Shown here piece by piece: positions 6,605 to 16,600 of a stretch of DNA of 31,266 nt. The notes beneath the pieces were generated by a model. That model did no database searches and had not been told where the DNA came from. It saw only the letters and a program-made list of their open reading frames with translations. The translations under genes and the position numbers were made by a program. This DNA is from a virus (taxonomy: Duplodnaviria; Caudoviricetes), in IMG/VR virus record IMGVR_UViG_3300044695_001827, positions 1-31,266 of that record; one strand, 5' to 3'. How positions within the stretch are numbered: position 1 is the stretch's first letter; each line of letters starts with the position of its first letter.

Positions 6605-8436
6605 AAGAAGAATTCATCAAGGCATTGCAGTCAGGGGTCAACCTCGCGAACGAAGACAAGTTCGATGAGGCTGTCTCTAAGTTGGAACCATTGGCAGACC
6701 TGCATCAGTCCATGGTGCAAGCGTTGATACAGCGCGGTCGTTGCCATTGGGAGATGCGCCGTTGGGACAAAGCCACTGAGGACTTCCGTAAGGCAGGACT
6801 CATGGCTCCCGACAACATCGATGTCAAGTGGACAATGTCCTTGATGAACCTTCAACAGGGCAACTTCATCGAAGGTTGGAAGACTTTCGATGACAGATGG
6901 GAGTCGAAGAAGTTCGACAGCCCTAGGCTCAAGACCAAGAAGCCGCGATGGCACAAGGGCAGCGGGTACAAGGATGTACTCGTCTGGTCTGAACAGGGTA
7001 TCGGTGACCAGATTCTTTACTGCTCTTTGCTGCGCGAAATCAAGAGCGAGACTCCGGTGGTCACCGTCATGGTCGATGCGCGTCTGATCCCTCTCTTCGA
7101 AAGGTCTATGCCGGGGATAGACTTCATCCCGCAGAACGCTTTCGTGAGCGACATCGACGCACAGATTCCCATGGGAAGCCTCGTGTCTGAGTTCATCGAA
7201 AGCAAGGATGACATTGCAAGGGTACGCAGCGATGCGTTCCTGATCGCCGACTATGCCCGTGCCAACGAGATACGAAGTGGTTTAAACCTTGCCGAAGGAG
7301 AAAGGCTGGTCGGCTTGTCATGGATTTCTGGTGCGCCTCGCATCGGGAACCATAAGTCTGTCGCTCTGGAGGACATGCTCCCCATCCTTCAGATACCCAA
7401 TGTGAGGTTCGTCAGCCTCCAGTACGGGGATCACTACCAAGACATATACGAACTGGAGAAGAAGCATGGCATCCGGATCGAAGTGGTACCAGAAGTTGAC
7501 AACACCACCGACATTGATGGCCTCGCCGCACTCATCACGGCCTGTGACTGTGTGGTCTCGGTCAGCAATGTCACGGGTCACATATCAGGGGCAGTCGGAA
7601 CTCCAACCTTCCTCTTGGATTCCAACAAACTCTGGTACTGGAACAACACCAGAGGCAACAGGAATCTCTGGTATCCCTGCGTCAAGACCTACCGTAAATC
7701 ATACGCAACAGCACCGTGGACCACGCAAGTTGCTGACATTGCGGAAGACCTGAAGAGGCATCTGGTTCCGGGACACAGGCCGACATTCGTGTTCTTCAGG
7801 ACAGGCACTGAAGAGCAGATCTGGCACACCCGCATATTCGTGAAGTCTCTTCGTGAGACCAACCCCGATGCGCGGATCATCATGTGTACGGATTCCAAGA
7901 CCCCCATCATCGACGGCACAGAAAGATTCGAACTCGACTCTGACTCCACAGACTTCATGGAGTATAGGCTGCGAATCTACGCTGCATTGGGACTGGACTA
8001 CCCTGCGATGTATCTGGATGACGACATGGTCGTATGTTCAGAGATATTCCCAGACGCATTGCTTGGAGATCAAGAAGCATTGTTCTGCGAGAGATCGTTT
8101 AATCGCGATGCTGAGTTCAACCCTGACATCAAGGGTCTGCACTTCCATGAATACAAAGGCAAGACGCTGTATGAAGTGTTCCCGTATCTAGCCTGTGCAA
8201 CGGTGACGAAAGACCATACGGTCTGGGGGGAACTGCTTGGCATCTTGGATCACATCGACCCCAAGTATCGTAAATGGTACGGGGATCAGGAGGCCATGAA
8301 GATATGGTCAAAGATGTTTAAAAGGCACGGTGTGCTGAGTGAAGAAAGATATGCTTGTCTCCCGGAACATCTTGGTAACAAAGACCCCAAGATTATCCAC
8401 TACAAGGGAAACAGAAAAGATAAGATGAAAGGCTGA
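6601..8436 (+). CDS. TPR + GT-B (GT9-like) glycosyltransferase fused to a C-terminal GT-A (GT8-like) domain
   Basis: N-terminal TPR helices; EQGIGDQI, VGLSW, FVSLQYG, DCVVSVSNVTGHISGAVG (TPR-GT9-like); then YLDDDM (DxD), YGDQEAM and IIHYKG (GT-A). Confidence 0.85.
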   Translation: MKEEFIKALQSGVNLANEDKFDEAVSKLEPLADLHQSMVQALIQRGRCHWEMRRWDKATEDFRKAGLMAPDNIDVKWTMSLMNLQQGNFIEGWKTFDDRWESKKFDSPRLKTKKPRWHKGSGYKDVLVWSEQGIGDQILYCSLLREIKSETPVVTVMVDARLIPLFERSMPGIDFIPQNAFVSDIDAQIPMGSLVSEFIESKDDIARVRSDAFLIADYARANEIRSGLNLAEGERLVGLSWISGAPRIGNHKSVALEDMLPILQIPNVRFVSLQYGDHYQDIYELEKKHGIRIEVVPEVDNTTDIDGLAALITACDCVVSVSNVTGHISGAVGTPTFLLDSNKLWYWNNTRGNRNLWYPCVKTYRKSYATAPWTTQVADIAEDLKRHLVPGHRPTFVFFRTGTEEQIWHTRIFVKSLRETNPDARIIMCTDSKTPIIDGTERFELDSDSTDFMEYRLRIYAALGLDYPAMYLDDDMVVCSEIFPDALLGDQEALFCERSFNRDAEFNPDIKGLHFHEYKGKTLYEVFPYLACATVTKDHTVWGELLGILDHIDPKYRKWYGDQEAMKIWSKMFKRHGVLSEERYACLPEHLGNKDPKIIHYKGNRKDKMKG

Positions 8437-8471
8437 TTCCAACCAACAGATATCCAAGTCGGAGGTGAAAC

Positions 8472-8711
8472 ATGGATACCGAAAGAAAGCCTGAGTACAG
8501 CAAGGACAGGTTGAACCAAGAGATACGAGATTTGTTGCGCGAGAACTCGCTGCTCAAGAACTCGCTGTTCATCAAGGACAAAGAAGCCACTGTCCTTCAA
8601 GACAAACTGACGGAAGCCGACAGCACGATCAATGTTCTCAGCATCATGCTTGGAGTTGTGCTTCTCATGTTCATTGCTGTGTTGTTGTTCACTGTGCAAT
8701 GGTGGAGGTGA
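8472..8711 (+). CDS. coiled-coil protein with C-terminal transmembrane helix
   Basis: GGAGGTG RBS; heptad pattern followed by a ~20-residue hydrophobic stretch. Confidence 0.75.
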   Translation: MDTERKPEYSKDRLNQEIRDLLRENSLLKNSLFIKDKEATVLQDKLTEADSTINVLSIMLGVVLLMFIAVLLFTVQWWR

Positions 8712-8715
8712 AGTC

Positions 8716-8949
8716 ATGAGAAAAATTAACGACGGTGGCCCGGCGTTCCCAAGCACGATTCAATATTTTCCAGACGACAAGAACGCGAACGAAGAGCAAG
8801 GCATGACTTTGCGGCAGTACTACGCGGGTCAGGTCTTGATAGGGATAATGGCTAACCCCAATTCCACGGCAGTCACATCCGATACGATTGCAGCATGGTG
8901 CTTCAAAATGGCTGATGCCATGCTCAAGGCGCGGGAGGTGAAGCCGTGA
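8716..8949 (+). CDS. conserved small phage protein (GGPAFP...GMTLR family)
   Basis: INDGGPAFP, GMTLRQYYAGQ, MADAMLKAR; GGAGGTG RBS. Confidence 0.8.
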   Translation: MRKINDGGPAFPSTIQYFPDDKNANEEQGMTLRQYYAGQVLIGIMANPNSTAVTSDTIAAWCFKMADAMLKAREVKP

Positions 8950-9230
8950 GCGAGCACACACCGGGGCCGTGGATTGTTAACGGCCCGTCCGACGCCCTGT
9001 GGGTTTCTACGAGTGACTACCGTACAATCCTGCCACACACTACGGCCGATGCCCGCCTTATGGCCGACGCTCCGCGCCTGTACGATGAGAACAAGCGGTT
9101 GCGAGAGACCAACGCGGAACTGTTGGAGGCGTTAAAGCGCGTCAAGGAGACCCGTGTGTTCATCGGCGCTATAGCGCAGGGAATGATGGACAACGCCATC
9201 GCCAGAGCAGCACCGGAGGTGCAACCGTGA
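8946..9230 (+). CDS. small phage protein (HTPGPW family)
   Basis: HTPGPW...DARLMADAP...ELLEALK; GTGA coupling. Confidence 0.8.
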   Translation: MSEHTPGPWIVNGPSDALWVSTSDYRTILPHTTADARLMADAPRLYDENKRLRETNAELLEALKRVKETRVFIGAIAQGMMDNAIARAAPEVQP

Positions 9231-9562
9231 CCGACAACATCACCCTGCCCCGCGCTGTGGCTTTTGAGATGCTAGAGGCGTTGACTTGCGGCTCGTCAAT
9301 CCGTCATAAGTGCCAACATTGCGGCCAACACATCGGCAATTTCTACGCCGCCCTCTACGCCGCGCTTGCGGCTCCGGAGCCGGAGCCAACCGTCAAGGAA
9401 TCCTTGACTGTTGACGCCGCGCTTGCGGAGCCGGACGCCACGCCGAAGCCTGCGACGGATGAGCAGATATTCGACGCATACCAGAGTGCGCCCGACGATG
9501 ATTTCTATTACGGATGGTGCGCCGCCGAGCGGTTTCACGGGATCGGGGGGAGCAAGACATGA
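9227..9562 (+). CDS. hypothetical mosaic phage protein
   Basis: GGAGGTG RBS, coupled at both ends, CxxC motif, internal duplication. Confidence 0.7.
   Translation: MTDNITLPRAVAFEMLEALTCGSSIRHKCQHCGQHIGNFYAALYAALAAPEPEPTVKESLTVDAALAEPDATPKPATDEQIFDAYQSAPDDDFYYGWCAAERFHGIGGSKT
9357..9428. repeat. 15-bp direct repeats flanking a 27-bp palindrome
   Basis: ACGCCGCGCTTGCGG at 9357-9371 and 9414-9428; CAACCGTCAAGGAATCCTTGACTGTTG at 9387-9413. Confidence 0.85.
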
Positions 9563-9822
9563 CACGCGAGGACATCATCAGGATGGCGCGGGAGGCGGAG
9601 GATTACGTTGATACCATCTACGCTAAAGGCGAGTATCACCCCGGATGGTTGGAAGTCTTTAATGTTCGCTTCGCCGCCCTCGTCGCAGAGGCCGAGCGGG
9701 AGGCGTGTGCGAAGATTGCCGACAGCCAGATAAACAACACCGCCATCTTGTTGGTCAACCCCGGCAAATCTGCCGCAGCATGGGACATCGCTAACGCCAT
9801 CCGTGCAAGGGGGGATGCATGA
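9559..9822 (+). CDS. small phage protein (MTREDIIRMAREA / EREACA / IRARG family)
   Basis: Characteristic motifs; ATGA coupling. Confidence 0.8.
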   Translation: MTREDIIRMAREAEDYVDTIYAKGEYHPGWLEVFNVRFAALVAEAEREACAKIADSQINNTAILLVNPGKSAAAWDIANAIRARGDA

Positions 9823-10082
9823 AATCGTCCAAGCAAAAAAGAACTTGCAAAAAATGCCGCCAGATGTACTCCGCATCCGCATTCACTACACGCACAGGAT
9901 TTACTTGTAGGTGGTGTGCTGAACAAGTTGAGTTGCAAAAGGCGTATACGGATTGGAGTGCTGCATTCGCAGCAGCAGATAAAGCGTGGAAGGACGCATA
10001 CGAGGCTGATAAAGTGCGAGATGCCGCTGCAAAACGAGTGTCTAATCTTAACGCTACTATCCGTGCGAGGGGGAGCAAATGA
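9819..10082 (+). CDS. small protein with two CxxC motifs and IRARG C-terminus
   Basis: CKKC...CRWC; coupled at both ends. Confidence 0.7.
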   Translation: MKSSKQKRTCKKCRQMYSASAFTTRTGFTCRWCAEQVELQKAYTDWSAAFAAADKAWKDAYEADKVRDAAAKRVSNLNATIRARGSK

Positions 10083-10375
10083 CACGCGAGGAATTGGATA
10101 CGCTGTGGCTTCAGGCTGTTTACACCAAAGATGTATCAGATGAGCCGATGCTACGCGGCGATGAGGCACATAAAGCGGCTGTCTATCGCTTCGCAAAACT
10201 CGTCGCCTATTACGAACTCAGGACGCATCGAGCCACGGAAGATCGGCTTAACAAGTGGATGGACGAAGGTGAGCGCGTTTTCGGCAGTCGAGGATTGGGA
10301 ATGATGTTCCGACTTGGCGCTTGGTGGGCGGATAGACCTTTTAGAAAGAACAAGGACGCGAGGAAAGAGAAGTGA
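10079..10375 (+). CDS. hypothetical protein (MTRE-type N-terminus)
   Basis: GGGGAG RBS; ATGA coupling. Confidence 0.7.
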   Translation: MTREELDTLWLQAVYTKDVSDEPMLRGDEAHKAAVYRFAKLVAYYELRTHRATEDRLNKWMDEGERVFGSRGLGMMFRLGAWWADRPFRKNKDARKEK

Positions 10376-10602
10376 TGCACAAGTTAGAACGCACAGACAT
10401 CGTGCGTATAAAGCGCACGGGAACGATAGCCGTGATAACGGAAGTAGCCCATCCAAATCTTTCTAATCGCAATAGGGGCTGGGGTGATACATACGCCTTG
10501 ACCTTCCGTCACAGATCCAAGCAAAAATATGCATGGTACGAACGGGATGAACTGGAGTACATAGGTAGCGTGAAAGATCTGATTGCGAAGAGGGAGACAT
10601 GA
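10372..10602 (+). CDS. small SH3/KOW-like beta-barrel protein
   Basis: DIVRIKRTGTIAVITEV...YAWYERDELE pattern; coupled. Confidence 0.6.
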   Translation: MMHKLERTDIVRIKRTGTIAVITEVAHPNLSNRNRGWGDTYALTFRHRSKQKYAWYERDELEYIGSVKDLIAKRET

Positions 10603-11228
10603 AAGAAGTACAAGGTTGGTGGTTGCCTGATCAAGAAAGCCACATCACAACTTATTTCGATGCCATCAAACAGCCTGAGTATCAGCCGATACACCAGCAG
10701 TCTGTGGTTAAACACTGCAAGCAGTTCCGGACAGCCGTGGATATCGGAGCGCATGTCGGACTCTGGGCGCGTGGGCTGACAGAGAAGTTCGACAAGGTCA
10801 TCTGCTTCGAACCCTGTGACGAGTTCGCTGACATCCTTCCCCATAACGCACCCAAGGTGCATACCATCCATCGATGTGCTTTGGGTAAGGAGCATGGTTT
10901 TGTCGCCATGAACATCGCTCCTGACAACACAGGTTCCACCCATGTCGCAAGGGGTCAGGAAGGTATGACACCCATGTTCCCGTTGGATCGCTTCCAACTG
11001 ACGGACATCGACCTCATCAAGATCGATGTCGAAGGTTATGAACTGGATGTCATCAAGGGTGCCGTAGAGACCCTGAAGAACAACGACCCCGTGTTGATCG
11101 TGGAACAGAAGGACAGGTATGTGATACCTGAGGAAGGCAAGCATGCTGCGGTACGGTTCCTGATGAAGGATTTGCAGTACCGGATCATCGGGCGCGTGGT
11201 CGATGATTGGATACTGAGGAAGATCTGA
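10599..11228 (+). CDS. FkbM-family SAM-dependent methyltransferase
   Basis: AVDIGAHVGLW, VICFEP, IDLIKIDVEGYELDVIKGA, PVLIVE. Confidence 0.92.
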   Translation: MKEVQGWWLPDQESHITTYFDAIKQPEYQPIHQQSVVKHCKQFRTAVDIGAHVGLWARGLTEKFDKVICFEPCDEFADILPHNAPKVHTIHRCALGKEHGFVAMNIAPDNTGSTHVARGQEGMTPMFPLDRFQLTDIDLIKIDVEGYELDVIKGAVETLKNNDPVLIVEQKDRYVIPEEGKHAAVRFLMKDLQYRIIGRVVDDWILRKI

Positions 11229-11235
11229 GGCGGAT

Positions 11236-11442
11236 ATGAAGAAAGCCGAAACACCAGAGCCTCTTTATCGGATCAGTCTTCCGCCAGAAGACCATCACAA
11301 GGTGAGCGTGAGTAGGTATTACCGTGCTACACCTGACGATGCACGACTGATTTCGTATGGACCGTACCATCAGAAGTGCAATGTCCGCATCGACTTTGAT
11401 CTTGAGGGAAACATCTACAAGGTGGAGTGGCAGAACTCGTGA
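11236..11442 (+). CDS. hypothetical protein
   Basis: GAGG upstream; fills the gap between methyltransferase and glycosyltransferase. Confidence 0.6.
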   Translation: MKKAETPEPLYRISLPPEDHHKVSVSRYYRATPDDARLISYGPYHQKCNVRIDFDLEGNIYKVEWQNS

Positions 11443-12119
11443 AGATATTCATCGGTTGGGATAGCAGGGAGAAGATCGCCTATCAGGTGTGTCGAGCGTC
11501 CCTACTCAAACACACCACCGTTTCTCTTGATATCACCCCCATCAAGCAGAAGGACATGCGTGACCGGAACCTGTATTGGAGAGGTCATGACCCCATGTCC
11601 TCGACAGAGTTCACATTCACTCGCTTCCTGACCCCGTATCTTGCTGACTACAAGGGATGGGCTGTCTTCATGGACTGCGACTTCTTCTGGCGTGGGGATA
11701 TATCTACCGTCATGGATTACCGGGATCACAGCAATGCGGTCATGGTGGTCAAGCATGACTATGTCCCGAAAGAAACGACCAAGATGGATGGTGCTATCCA
11801 GACCCAGTACCCACGCAAGAACTGGTCATCTTTCATGCTTATCAATTGCGATCATGATCAGGTTAAACAGAATCTGACATTGAACACGGTGAACAAAGAG
11901 TCCGGTCTGCATCTGCATCGTCTTCAGTGGGCGACGGATGATTGCATAGGGAGCCTTCCCATTGCATACAACTACTTGGAGGGTTGGCACACCAAGGATG
12001 ATTGTCCTAACCCGTTGGCTGTCCACTTCACCCGTGGCGGTCCATGGTTCGTGGACTACATGGATGTCGAGTACGGTGATGAATGGATCAAGACATCAAG
12101 AGGGCTTGTCAATGAATGA
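11427..12119 (+). CDS. GT-A fold glycosyltransferase (CDI-like nucleotide-diphospho-sugar transferase)
   Basis: IFIGWDSRE, STEFTFTRFL, FMDCDF (DxD), YPRKNWSS, VHFTRGGPW. Confidence 0.88.
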   Translation: MAELVKIFIGWDSREKIAYQVCRASLLKHTTVSLDITPIKQKDMRDRNLYWRGHDPMSSTEFTFTRFLTPYLADYKGWAVFMDCDFFWRGDISTVMDYRDHSNAVMVVKHDYVPKETTKMDGAIQTQYPRKNWSSFMLINCDHDQVKQNLTLNTVNKESGLHLHRLQWATDDCIGSLPIAYNYLEGWHTKDDCPNPLAVHFTRGGPWFVDYMDVEYGDEWIKTSRGLVNE

Positions 12120-12342
12120 CGATGAAGTTTCATATCTCGATGTCCCGAAGAAGGAAGTCGAGAAGGTATGGTGCAAGATCGGTGAAGCCGGTGACTTGGA
12201 GTTCGTGGACTGGGACATGGTCCGTAGTATTGCGGACAGTTTCGATATCACGAAGCCTGAGAACAGGACTGAACAGATGCTCATCGGGAAACTGATGTGG
12301 CTGGTCAGACAGGACACACTCAATGGGGTGAGCCGTGACTAA
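12112..12342 (+). CDS. hypothetical protein
   Basis: Start MNDDEV overlaps the upstream gene end; GAGG RBS. Confidence 0.65.
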   Translation: MNDDEVSYLDVPKKEVEKVWCKIGEAGDLEFVDWDMVRSIADSFDITKPENRTEQMLIGKLMWLVRQDTLNGVSRD

Positions 12343-12541
12343 GGACAATGACGCATGGGATGAGGAATGGGATCGTATGCCTCACAGCAGCGACGAGTAT
12401 CGCAGGGAGATACGCGAACTCAGGGGAAGGATATTCACCTATGTTGAGGAGATAACCAAGTTGCGTAGCAGGATAGACTTGCTGCAAGGGGAGGTCTCGG
12501 CATTGGAAAGGATGGTATTTAAACAGGATCGAGAGACTTAG
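12335..12541 (+). CDS. small coiled-coil protein
   Basis: Heptad pattern; overlaps the previous stop. Confidence 0.65.
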   Translation: MTKDNDAWDEEWDRMPHSSDEYRREIRELRGRIFTYVEEITKLRSRIDLLQGEVSALERMVFKQDRET

Positions 12542-12760
12542 ATGTCTGACTGGAAACGGGAAGACATACTTGAGGTATTGTCTTGGGTCGAGGACGCGAA
12601 GGACGATGTGAATTCCATAACGACAGAACTGGAATACATCGTGATAAGCGAATTGATCAAGCGTTGCGCCGTTGAGATAAGGGCGCTACGGGAAGAGAAC
12701 CAACGGTTGAAACGCAGGAGGAAAGGTAATGGATCTAAGAAACAGAACGGAGTTCACTGA
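12542..12760 (+). CDS. small coiled-coil protein
   Basis: TAGATG junction; EIRALREENQRLK. Confidence 0.65.
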   Translation: MSDWKREDILEVLSWVEDAKDDVNSITTELEYIVISELIKRCAVEIRALREENQRLKRRRKGNGSKKQNGVH

Positions 12761-12926
12761 TGTTGATATCGCCTTGGAAGAGGCGCAGTTCCTTGTCAAC
12801 AAGGACAAGGTTCCGTACTGCATCGTCAGGGCATGGAGCAAAAACAAGCATGGCTACAAGTTGTATGTAGTCCCTGCTGATTCGGTGGTCGAGATACAGA
12901 TACTTGAGACTTTCAATCCGGGGTGA
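12729..12926 (+). CDS. hypothetical protein
   Basis: AGGAGG RBS; FTDVDIALEEAQFL. Confidence 0.65.
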   Translation: MDLRNRTEFTDVDIALEEAQFLVNKDKVPYCIVRAWSKNKHGYKLYVVPADSVVEIQILETFNPG

Positions 12927-13252
12927 ACATGGAGCCTGAACTTGAGATCGCCATCGCTCAGGTCATCAAGAAGAACCGCAGGAGTGTCGGTCAGAACTCC
13001 TTGATGTGGGCGTTGCTGTCTGACATCTCACATCAGGTCGAATGGCACGGCGAGAAGATGTCCAAGAAGGACTGGAAATGGGTATTCACCGCAGCCATAC
13101 GAAGGCAGCGCATGGTACCCGGCGTAGATGGGGGGATGGTGTTCCTTGGGGAACCCACCTCAGGCATGTCTAAACAGGAGATGTCTGACCTGATCGAACT
13201 TGTCTACGCTTTCGGGGCGGAACACGGGGTTGAATGGTCTGACCACCCTTGA
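12923..13252 (+). CDS. ninB: NinB/Orf-family recombination mediator
   Basis: RSVGQNSLMWALLSDISHQVEWHG, WKWVF, PGVDGG, TSGMSKQEMSDLIE...FGAEHGV. Confidence 0.9.
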   Translation: MNMEPELEIAIAQVIKKNRRSVGQNSLMWALLSDISHQVEWHGEKMSKKDWKWVFTAAIRRQRMVPGVDGGMVFLGEPTSGMSKQEMSDLIELVYAFGAEHGVEWSDHP

Positions 13253-13637
13253 TATCTTCCACCCCGACAGCCTCCTCCTGTGTGCTGTCAACCGGTGAAG
13301 TCTCATAACCCCCAGAGGCATCACCCTTAGAGGGGAGATAATCTCTCCCCTTGTTTTTGTCCATCTGGCGGACAGTCTCAGCCAGCAGATCCATCTCAGA
13401 CAGTTTGGCGATACGCATCAGGGCTTTGGTTCCGTGGAAACCATGGGTTCCCCTATGGCAATCCACACACAGGGCGACCGTCAGGAAGTCGCTGGCGCGG
13501 TCTCCCATGCCATGCCCTGTGCGGATATGGTGAGCCTCCGTTACGCTGCTCTGGGGCTGTCCTAGGAGGCTACAGAGGGTACATGGGAGGGACTTCACCC
13601 TGCCCATGTAGTCACTCTCATGCTTACCCCGGCTCAA
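13170..13637 (-). CDS. HNH/treble-clef nuclease-like protein (DUF968/Ref-like)
   Basis: LPCTLC, EAHHIRTG, VALCVDCHRG..GFHG; ATGA-coupled to the giant gene. Confidence 0.8.
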   Translation of the reverse strand: MSRGKHESDYMGRVKSLPCTLCSLLGQPQSSVTEAHHIRTGHGMGDRASDFLTVALCVDCHRGTHGFHGTKALMRIAKLSEMDLLAETVRQMDKNKGRDYLPSKGDASGGYETSPVDSTQEEAVGVEDIKGGQTIQPRVPPRKRRQVRSGQTSPV

Positions 13638-16600
13638 TCGCCAATCCCCATGCCAGCCCTAGACGCAGCCCGTCTGTAACGCATATCAGCACGACGGATC
13701 ATTTGATACTTCTCAGCGGGTAAGTTCTGCCTAGACCATCGCATGAAGGCTTGCAGTTCCTGTTGACTGGGTGCGCTGCCGCCAATCTGAATTGGCTGAC
13801 GATTCCTTACTGAAGCACGGATGCTTGCCTCAACACGATCCCTTTCCTCACCACGAAGACCACTGACTGCCTTCCGAACCAACAACCTCGCACGAGCCGC
13901 ATCACCTTGCTGAAGAGCATCGGTGATGGCCTTGTTGACTGGGGTCATCGGAGTTCTGACAACCGCACCCGGAGCAGTGCGCTGTTTAAACTCTATCTCC
14001 ATGGCCTCGCTGTATCGTCGTCCGTATTCCCGAACCTCGCGAATTTCTTTCTGGGCAGCAAAGCGTCTGACCTCACGGGCATCCGACCCAATTGCATCCA
14101 TCGCGGCAAGGCCGATGCGCTTATTGGCGCGATAGAAAGACAGCGTGGTCTCTGCAATCTCATCGAGATCACGGGCTGTCATCTTCTTTTGGTCACGCAA
14201 TCTGTTGAAGACATCGATTACAGCATCGACAGATGCCAGTCCCGGAGGGCTGAACGGATTCTTGACGCGCTGCTGGTCCTGCCAGTCTTTGGCAAACTGA
14301 GCATAGTTCGCAAAGAAACCAAGGCTTCCTGCGGTCATGATGTTCTGCCATGCGCGGGAGAAAATCAGACTCCATCCTCTTGCGGTGTCTTCGTTCTCAA
14401 AAGCCTTCTTGATTTCTTCATCATCCGGACCCGGATCTCCGTATCCAAATGCTTCACGGATAGCACTGATTGCTTCACCACCAATGATTGCCGAACCCAC
14501 GAACCCAGCAACTCGCATAAAGTTCCTTGGGGTTGGATTGTCATAGAAGACCTTCAGGAAATGGTTGTAGAAGAACCGGTTCACCTGAGTTCCAAACTTC
14601 TGGTACTTCAACAAAAAACGACCAGCCGCGCTATCAATGAACACAGGAGTCATGTCAATGCTGTAAGAACCCTGAGGGACATTGACAGCACGGCGCATGA
14701 ACTTTTCGGTCTCCTTTCCAGCACCGTCTTCGAGTATCAGCGAATCGACATCAAGGTTCTCTCGTTTAACCCATTCGCGGAACCGCTTCACTGAATCATT
14801 TTCTGACCCGTTTCTTACATCATTCAAGAACGAATTAAGCCTTGCTCTAGCAGCCAGCATCGCTGACGATCTGACTATGTTCTCAGCGCCGTTGAATCCT
14901 CCAACGGTAAGCATGAAGTTGGAGAACTTGGCGAGAGCCTGAGATATCTTCTGTTCTTTCGAGAAGTACTTGTCAGCATCCATCTCAACATGGTCGTTGA
15001 GGATGTTCATGAAGTCTTTATTCAGAATGCCAAGGGTTGTTCCTTCATTTTGGACATTCTTCCAGTCAAGAACCAAGTTCGCATAAGACTTTGCTATCTC
15101 CTTGATGCCGAAATCTTGGACATTTGTAATGGTTCCACCGAGCAAGTTAAGGCTTGCGCTAACTGGGTTACCCAACTGCACCGCAGTAGCCAGAGAGTTC
15201 GCCCAATTCGCCATGTTGGTCAGTGCGTTGAATTGCTCTATCTCGTAGATTCTTTCCTTGATTGAATTGAGATAGTTCTGGGTCTCCTGATCACGGACCT
15301 TTGGAATGTTTTTATCGAACCATTCTTTCTGGAACTTCCCAATCGTTTGACCGAAGTTCTCAATCTGTGCAGTACGGCGCGACCACTTGCGTAGGTAACG
15401 GGTCGCCGCATCCCATGAATAGTCATAGAAGATTTCTGGAAGAGGCTCAGTACGAGCCTTCTCAACACCAGCGAAATAGTCCTGAGCGACTTCATCAGAG
15501 AACCATTCGCGAAGCAGATAGTTCTCTGCATCTCTAGTGGTTTCTGCAAGTCCTTCTTCGACCAATGAGTCAAGCAGAGACTGCCAAAGAACGGGGTCAA
15601 GGTCAGGATTCTGCATGACCTCCATGACTTCCCTGCGGAATGCGCGAGGGAAGAAGTTCCGGACAGACCTGATCGGTCTCCATTCGTTACGCTTCGCATC
15701 CCATACCCGCATGGGCTTGCCATCAGGGGTGCGTATGCTGGTGTTGATTTCGCCAGTCTGTCTGGCGATCTCGTTCCATGCATCAATCAACTGACGCTCA
15801 CTGTCAGTTGCCATATCAAGGATACTCTGAGCATCTTCTGTACGCCCGTTCTCACGAGCGCGGATGAACTCTTCGAATGTAGTCAGTGCTGCGGTTTTCC
15901 CACCAAGATCGATACGCTTAAACGCATCACGGATGATGCCGTTTGCAACACCAAGTCTTGAGGCATAGGTGTCGTAATAGTTCTCGATCCTCTTTGCCAA
16001 GTCATCAAGCCCAAGCCCAGACCGCAACTTGTCAGGAGCAGACTGGATCATCTGCACTACAATCCGTCTGGTAAGCGGAGCGATACGCGCACCAGAGATA
16101 TCTACTGTGCCATCAGGCTCTGTATCGCTGATGGTAGGGCCAGTGGGGGTGCCGATAGAATCTAAAGGCTGACCATCGTTCAATGCTTCAGCAGCACTGG
16201 TGTTGTCAGTATCGTTTGTAGGACCGGGTTGAGTTGGGCCTATCGGCGTACCGCGTCTACGAGCCTCACGCGCAGCAGGAGGACGAGCCGCTTCAGCCAC
16301 TGGACCTTGTGGTGCAGCACCAATCCTGAGCCTTCCTTGATTTGGAATGACAAGCGCATCGCCATCACGCGCACGGTCATAATCCAAGAAGAATCCCTTG
16401 TACTTCTTGGCAGCATCTTCTGGTTTTGTGGTCTTGTCCTTGTTGGTCAAGCCGACAATCATGCCGATGCCGTCTTCCCGCTTGGGGTCCAAGAACCGCG
16501 CATCGTAGTTGTCACCGTCCCATACTTGGAACCGTTGTCCGGTGCGCTCATCAACCACGAAGTCAGGCATGTCCGTGCGACTGGTGAAAGCCATGGCGAC

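Noticed and set aside
14640-14649. Fourth near-copy of the AACACAGGAG motif
   Set aside because: Antisense within the giant gene, lacks the upstream TATA and a credible downstream ORF; probably chance.
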